In this document: positions 57,023-64,000 of the stretch, in pieces
How positions within the stretch are numbered: position 1 is the stretch's first letter
How the letters are laid out: each line of letters starts with the position of its first letter
Assembly (NCBI RefSeq): GCF_964204645.1
Contig: NC_134036.1
Location: forward strand, 3,844,001 to 3,908,000
Direction of reading: 5' to 3'
From: Tubulanus polymorphus
Taxonomy: Eukaryota; Animalia; Nemertea
DNA length: 64,000 bases
Notes under the pieces: model-generated
The model's database searches: none
The model's input: the letters and a program-made list of their open reading frames with translations, nothing else
What the model was told of the DNA's origin: nothing
Translations under genes and position numbers: made by a program

Positions 57023-57370
57023 CACGATTGATAGAACACTATATCCGTGTTGACGCGATGAGGAGAGAATCCCACAATTATAACGAAAAAGTCCGAAAAT
57101 GAAACTTCGAGATAGTAGTTTATTTCAACGTTTCGACTATATCCTAACAGTCATCTTATTCTCATTATTCCTGAAGATGACTATTAGGTCTCATTTTAGC
57201 CAAATGTTTCCTTGAGTTGGTAGTTAATTCGACGTTTCGACTCAATTCTAACAGTCATCTTCGGCCGATACTGACTTGGAGGAGAAATCGCAAAAACAAT
57301 CGACAATTTGTTCGCTGTTATTGTGGGATTCTCTACCACATAATCACAACACAGATTTAGTGTTTTACAA
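57023..57370. mobile_element. Rearranged Penelope-like mini-element (subfamily A) plus a second degenerate hammerhead
   Basis: Same tail and arm sequence as the 53433 and 39181 elements. Right arm truncated near 57188. Second GACGTTTCGACT..AGTCATCTTCGG motif near 57231-57264. Confidence 0.6.
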
Positions 57371-58021
57371 TATCATTGGTCATACACTGGCACTTTGTAA
57401 AAGAGGATAGCGGTCGGATTTTTTTAGAACAGATGCAAATCAATTACAGCTGGGATATATCTGCTGTATTATCTGGTGCTGTTGCGGTTTGACTTGTGTC
57501 TTAATATGTTCAAGACGAGTAGATTCAACTAAGATCATCTCGACTGGTTTTAATTCGTGCGCTCACCGCCACCCGCAGAAAACGGGCGATTTTTAAGGTA
57601 AGATCTTGACGTTTCTTTCACGCGCTGCTGTTGTGGTGGTGATTTCATGACGTCCATCGGTCGTTGTCGCCCGAAATAAATAATTTAGAATTTAGCGCAA
57701 GTTGTGATGTATACGATATGAAGAAAACTATAAGCCACATTTAAAACGAAAAATTAAAAGGAGCCATCTACGAGCCATTTCCTATAGTTTTGAAAGCTTA
57801 CATGAATGTCGAAAAATCAATTAATGATTCTGTCATATTACAAGGCACATTACAAGGTGGCCAGAAGATGGCCAACAAAACCAACAATAATTTCGCAGGC
57901 GATTTTTTGTCGAGCGCCGTCACATTCGCGAAAACATTTACCGGCCCGCAAATATTACTCGTTTATACCAGTACCAGCCTAGAGCGCCATCTGTATTCGT
58001 GAATGGTTTTTCTGTCATTGT

Positions 58022-58427
58022 AGGCGCTTTTACGAAACTGAATCTTTGTAAATCGATTTAAGTTTCACGTTTACGGCACGCGGTTTAGTGAATTGGATTT
58101 GGTAAATCAACTCGTTTATGGACGCGGTTTAGTAAACTGATTTATTAAATCGACTAACTTGCTCGTCGAGCAAGTTAGTGGCGATTTAGTCAGTGAAATC
58201 CAACATGGCGTCCTCTTCGACCGCGGGCTTAAGACATCTATCGCAGACCATCATCTATCAATAATTCGGTCACCATTGACGCCCATTTTTTTTTGAATCG
58301 CGACCTTTAAATTGATAAATTGATTCGACTCATTTACGAAAAACGATTCGATTTACTAAACCTTTTGTTTTCCGACATCGAATCGGATTAGCTAAACCGA
58401 ATCAGATTCAATTTCGTAAAAGCGCCT
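58022..58427. mobile_element. PIF/Harbinger-like MITE with 3-bp TSD
   Basis: TIR AGGCGCTTTTACGAAA(C/T)TGAATCT at both ends, flanked by TGT at 58019-58021 and 58428-58430. Internal palindrome ACTAACTTGCTCG-T-CGAGCAAGTTAGT. Confidence 0.7.
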
Positions 58428-59393
58428 TGTGGTATTCGCGTGGTCTTCGCACTGGCCGAACGAGCCGGTTGTCGAAAATATCTTCTAGAAAAACAGGACA
58501 TCTATTCGTTGCACATTTCGACTCACCTGAACATGAAGTGGACTGCGAATTTCTTTGCTTCACCGATGAAATCCAACCGGCGTATCTCTCATAGATCATT
58601 GCTATATATACACCTACCTTCTGATTATTATTTCGTAGATAGAATGAATCAGTTCGTTGAGAATGAGAAGTTCGTCGTTATATCATTTACTGAATCGTTG
58701 AAGTTATCGAGTTTTAAGAAGGCCATCACGAGTAACTAACCATAATTGTACTTGTATACTCGTTATAAAGCACATCTCAATTAGCAACATAGTAACAATT
58801 TTACTGAATCGTTAAGGTTATTTAGAATAGTCGTTATTAGTAACTGATCATAATTTTTCTTAATCGTTGAAGTTATTGAGAATAAGAAGGTTGTCAGTAA
58901 CTAGCATGATTTTAGATTGAGATCGTTGAGATTGAGAAAGCTTGTCACTCACCAGATGCACCTGTCGGAATTCCGTGAACGTATACCTCGTAAAAAGACA
59001 ACGGTGCGATCGACGTGGTATAAATGATAACCTTGTCACCTGCCAAAGCATTAACGCATTCCACTAAGAAAAATGTTCTCGTAGATAGCAGGTGCTTTGT
59101 AACCGTTTTGCATATCATCGTTTGGGGCACGTTTAGGAAATCCAATGCTTCGGGGTCCGTGTCGCCGACCAAGACGTCAAACTCGGTCAAAGATGGATCT
59201 TCAACTGGATGAAAAATACTATATTTACTCAGAATTTTACCATAAATTGCTGGTAATCATGGTGAATTGTCTTCGAAAAGACACTACGCGTGTTATACCC
59301 AAAAGGGCAATAGATCCATTTTTTACCTATGATTATCAGTGAAAAGACGCAATATCGCCTTTGTAGGTCCACCATCCACCACTGAGGAGTCGT

Positions 59394-59483
<90 letters not shown>

Positions 59484-60620
59484 ATGTTGTTGCTGCTGCG
59501 GCTGGTGCTGCTGCCGCTGCCGCTGCCGCCGCCGCCGCTGGTGCTGCTGCTGCTGCTGCTTCGTCTTCGAAAACGTCACCGGGTCGCCGTCGACAGCTTT
59601 CGACGCGACGCAAGTGCTGTTGTAGTCGGAGCTTTGTCTGGCCGGTTTACCAGCTGCAGCATTTACTGGTTGAAGAATTAACATTGTATTCGAGCCTATC
59701 GCACAGGTTTGTTGTCTCGGATGAAAAATACTTCCAGAGGAATTTTTGAAGTTCTGCCAAAAACTTCCGGATGTATGGTAAGATAACGACCGTCGCTGCT
59801 TAGAGCCTTTGGCGACGGAGGGATCCGATCCTCCGGGCTTTTCGTTGGAACGGCTCCGATGATAATTCTCGCGATCGGAGTTCGCCGCCTGGGATTCCGG
59901 ATTGAAAAATTCGCGCCGGCGGTTTCTCTTTTTGCGGCGACGTCGTTCGTCTTCGTCGTGATTACCGATTTCGTTTGTAGCTTCGTCGACTTCATCGATT
60001 ACAACTGCGTTTTCATTATCTAAACCAGCAGCCACTTCTCGATGACGCTCGCCTTCGACACGGGTACCATTGACGGCTTCATTTTTGTCATCGGCTCCGT
60101 CGTCGATTACAACTTCTTCGTCATTACCTAAACCAGTAGCTACTTTCCGTTGGTCGCTTTCGACTTGAGTACCGTCATCGGCTTCATCTGTCGTGGCGAC
60201 ATCCACTCCACCGACTTCACCTGTTTCATTGCCGCCTAATTCAGTATCGATGTCCCGTCGAATCGGCGCACGTTTGTTTTCAATTCTGCTTTTGTAACTT
60301 CCAGCTTTATTTTCAGCGTCTTCTCCGTCGACGACTACGTTCGTCTCATTATCTAAACCAGTTTTCCGTTGGTTTTTGTCGTCTTCAGTCTCGCGTTCGA
60401 ACGCGGCGGCTTCGTTTCCGAATTCGATTTCATCATTAACGACTTCTCCGTTATTCCTATTCAAACCGTGCGCCGGCTCGTGTGCGCCGGCGTCCGCTGC
60501 GTCTAGCGAAACGGTTTTTATGACAGATTCCAGTCGTCCCTGTTCCGACGACGGTCGCGCCACCGATAACATCGATAACATCAGCATTAGATGAGTCGTT
60601 AATCCCGCGTTGTCGAACAT
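58408..60620 (-). CDS. Secreted precursor: acidic repetitive pro-region plus F-type lectin/F5-8 type C-like domain with polyQ insertion
   Basis: Exons 60620-59327 and 59204-58953 are phase-consistent; probable last exon 58601-58408 is uncertain. N-terminal hydrophobic segment LMLMLSMLSVA. F-lectin-like motifs NAAAGKPARQSS, ASKAVDG, QWWMVDLQRRY, LTEFDVLVG, LSFYEVYV. Confidence 0.72.
59394..59560 (-). repeat. Coding CAG microsatellite (29 pure CAG plus CAA = 30 Gln), with adjacent CAG/CGG-mixed run
   Basis: Uninterrupted (CTG)29 on + at 59397-59483. Confidence 0.95.
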
Positions 60621-62879
60621 AGTCGAAAGCTTGTTTACTGTTGGCTGTCGACAACACTTTATACCTGTAGAACATGACAGATAGTAGAATTAAAGCTCGC
60701 CATACTGTGTACATGCATATATACAAATTGAAAATATAAAAAATGAAATTTATTCATTGATAAAAGATTAAAATCGAAAGACACGATTTTCACCCCGAAT
60801 ATGCTAGAAGTTTGGAAATTACTTCTCTTGCGTGTGATTTTCAAAGATTTTCTGCGCGAGTACTCACCGGACCCCGCATTTGCGTGGGTGCCAGACAAGA
60901 ATTCCACTATCATTAAAATCGAACACGGCTGGCTACGAGCCTGCAGGGGAACAAGTTAAGTGAAAATTCAGTCTGACTACTCCAAGATTACCGCGAAGGA
61001 CTCGTGTTTAACTTGGTTTTTAAATCAGTTACGTGAGGACAGTATTTTGAAAGTTAACTACGTAATTTTTCTTCATTTTGCTATTCCCTTCATCAAATTG
61101 ATAATCGATTGTAATAAATGATAATTCATTCAGCCTTAAATCCATTTTTAATTTCCTAACAGGCTTTCACATAGTATGCGAAAAGAGAGGTTAGGAGCGT
61201 TCTTGGGTCATCGTTGCAAACAATTCAGAGACTAAACTTACTTCTTCTTACTACTGACATCGATCAAAATACCATACTCATGATTGTCATTGCTACAATT
61301 TTGTGCGATAAAATATGTAATCAGTTTGCCAATAAAATGAAGTAAAGTATGAGAATATGATATGAAGACAAAAGAAACCTTAACTTTGAACAAATATTTT
61401 TTTGGAGCTAATTTAGTCGAGGGAATATTTGAGTAGATTTAAATTAAGGGATAACTCAAGTTGTGCCTTCTAATTTTCGATTATAAGTTTTCATATTAGA
61501 TAAATTTCGTTTTTTCTAAATCTTTTAAATATGCGTATATATTACTCACGATTACTACGCCGCGTCACTCTACAGCTGTTGAAATACACTCATCCTTTTC
61601 CAGCACGGCGGCTTGACAGTTCTAAGTCTATTGATGATGAAATATCGACGATAAAAAGTCCGGTAATCGAAAGAAATAATCCCCCTAGCGATTAAGCGTG
61701 AGATGAAAAGCACGAATTTCAAAAAAAGAAAAAAAAATTTTGTACACTTTGTGTCCTTTAGCGAGCTGACTGATCCCGCCTTTCTTTCGAGAGAGTTTTC
61801 CACGGTCTGGTTAGGTTAAGTCGGTAATTGTCGATGTGTGCCAATAAGGGCAAATGACAAGCCGATAACACCGCCCTCGAGTTGTCAGTCGACCAATCAA
61901 ACCTACCATGGGTAAAACTTGTATTTGGTACTTGCATTGCAGTGTCAGAGCAGTGTTCGTTGGCAGGACCCTGCTTAGTTTTCTAAAACACATTGTCATA
62001 TGATTAGACTGCTTTAAGAAAGCTATATATATCATATGTATCGTAGCCCAAACATCCCACAATATTGTTGATTAACCGAAGAACATGGAAATATTTCCGA
62101 TGGTTCCCAACCTCCTCGACGGTCGAGTGGTGGACTGACCTTAAGACTGACAAAGGGGTCGAATTTTAGGTTTATTACTACTAAGTGATTCATAGCCTAT
62201 AATGAAATGCAGTGGTATGAATAACGACCGTATAACGTGGAAAGTGTTGTGGTGAAATGTCTGGTGTTTGGAGTCCATTTCTAATCAGAATTATATATGT
62301 CGAATGAAGTCCATGCAAATAAAAGTACATACATGTAAAGCCTGGACGATCTAAAATAAGTTGAATGCTTTGTCTGAGCCACCATATTCGCGTCGAATGT
62401 CTGAGCGCGCATGGCAAGCGGTTTGATAACTTCAATCGCAGTTGATTGAATGACCTTGATTGGGTATAGCTTCGTGCTTTTTCTTATACACTGATATCGG
62501 ACGCGCGAAAGCAAAGTAACAAGTAACAAACAAACGGCAGAACTGCTTCCACTTGACGAAATATATAGACAAATTATTTCGAACTGCTCTAGGGACGCTT
62601 TACTATTGCGTTGGGCCTATGTGAATTATTTAAACACGTCAACCGAAGCACGTCGAAGTGCTATATCGAGGGCTCGTAGTTTGCAGATATGCAGCCGACT
62701 CTTGGTAAAGTATATCATCGGTAATGATGGCACTTTAGTAGTAACAAGGAGTTGGGCCCACTTCCCTGGTAATGAAATCACCGCGGCGAGTTCTAAGTGT
62801 TCGAATACCTCGGCATTTTCCAATACCTAACAGCGAAATTTAAAACAATCCGCGTAAATTAGTATTACTATGCTACGAA

Positions 62880-63165
62880 GATATTGAATTCATCGAGAAT
62901 GAGAATGGTCGTCATTAGTAACTAATCATAATTTTGCTGAATCGTTGAAGTTATTGAGAATGAGAAGGTTGTAATTAGTAACTAATCATAATTTGACTGA
63001 ATCGTAGAAGTTATCGAGAATGAGAATGGTCGTCATTAGTAACTAATCATAATTTTACTGAATCGTTGAAATTATGAGAAGATCGTCATCAGTAACTAAT
63101 CATGATTTTACTGAATCTTTGAAGTTATCGAGAATGAGAAGGTTATCATTAGTAACTAATCATAT
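62880..63165. repeat. ~60-bp tandem repeat (~5 copies)
   Basis: Unit GAATCGTTGAAGTTATCGAGAATGAGAAGGTCGTCATTAGTAACTAATCATAATTTTACT. Decayed copies near 58645-58935. Confidence 0.85.
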
Positions 63166-64000
63166 TTCAAGGACAATAGGATCGTATTTAAACTTAAGGC
63201 CTTAAATTTTAATCGTCCACAAAGTTGTCAATTTGGAAAGCCGTGCATTTTTCGAACTCTAAATCTGGTTAAATATTGACCTGTTCCGATATCGGAAAAT
63301 GTCTTTGTTTTTCAATACAACGACGAAGGAATCAATACCTCGTGGCTTAGGTTGCAAGCGTTTGTTGCTTGGTGATAGTAAGAAAAAGCCCGTTCGAAAT
63401 AGCCGGGTAATCTCGTCACTATTGTCCTTTAATTAAAGACCTATTGATCTCTAAAAAACCGATCCAGCGTCAACTGCGACAAATGCAGTCGCCTATTCCG
63501 TTAATAAGCATCGACTCCGTTTGGATAAACTTTCGACGTAGGGTATTTAACCAAAAAAGCGTTTAAGAGCTATGAAGGCAACAAATATGTTAATGTACGC
63601 ATCTTTAATTTCTGTGCATAATGAAGAAGAGAATGAGGGTGTGTATGCGAGAGTGAATAGGCGAGGGACTTTAAGGACTAGATCATGTCAACTTTGGCTT
63701 TACCTAATTCCGCGCATGATCTATTGTTACGGTGATATTTCCATACTGTTTTATATCATATCGTATATAATCGCATGTCTTTGTACCGATGAATTTGTTA
63801 TGCAAAACTATTTTCTCGACAACAAAAAGCCAGATGAAATGCTGAGCCAGTTACTAGCAACTAATAAAACGCTACCCGAATACGAACATAAATGAAAAAA
63901 GCAAGATTCGAGCTTTTATTTAATGTTTGATTCCTGCAGTTTTCTATTTGCGTTTGGTATAGATTTACACAATTTTGCGGGGAAACCTTCGAAGCATCTT

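Noticed and set aside
59323-59749. Poly-Ala and poly-Leu ORFs
   Set aside because: Alternative frames of the CAG/CTG tract; only the polyQ frame is continuous with the lectin-like motifs.
60700-64000. Short ORFs at the right end
   Set aside because: No motifs or exon-like codon bias; likely intergenic or 5' region of the lectin-like gene plus repeats.

Overview
Eukaryotic (invertebrate animal-type) genomic DNA: GT-AG introns, CpG-rich exons, AT-rich repeat-laden introns. No prokaryotic features and no CRISPR. I assembled seven spliced genes by hand from splice sites and codon phase. (1) A NEK8/NEK9-like NIMA kinase with RCC1 repeats (- strand, runs off the left edge), carrying an extra N-terminal NSMF/DUF4347-like domain. 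(2) A CTRP3-like collagen-C1q gene nested antisense in its 7-kb intron. (3) RanGAP1. (4) A HINT hydrolase whose catalytic last exon exists as two intact diverged copies. (5) CDC42 small effector. (6) A RabX1/Rab50-like GTPase. (7) A secreted F-type-lectin/F5-8C-like precursor with a 30-Gln tract inside the domain. Non-coding DNA holds many MITE families, a tRNA/CORE-type SINE, and tandem arrays, some built from MITE termini. It also holds a family of ~250-bp palindromic, TSD-flanked Penelope-like mini-elements carrying minimal hammerhead ribozyme motifs. Family assignments come from remembered motifs, not database searches. Repeat boundaries are approximate.
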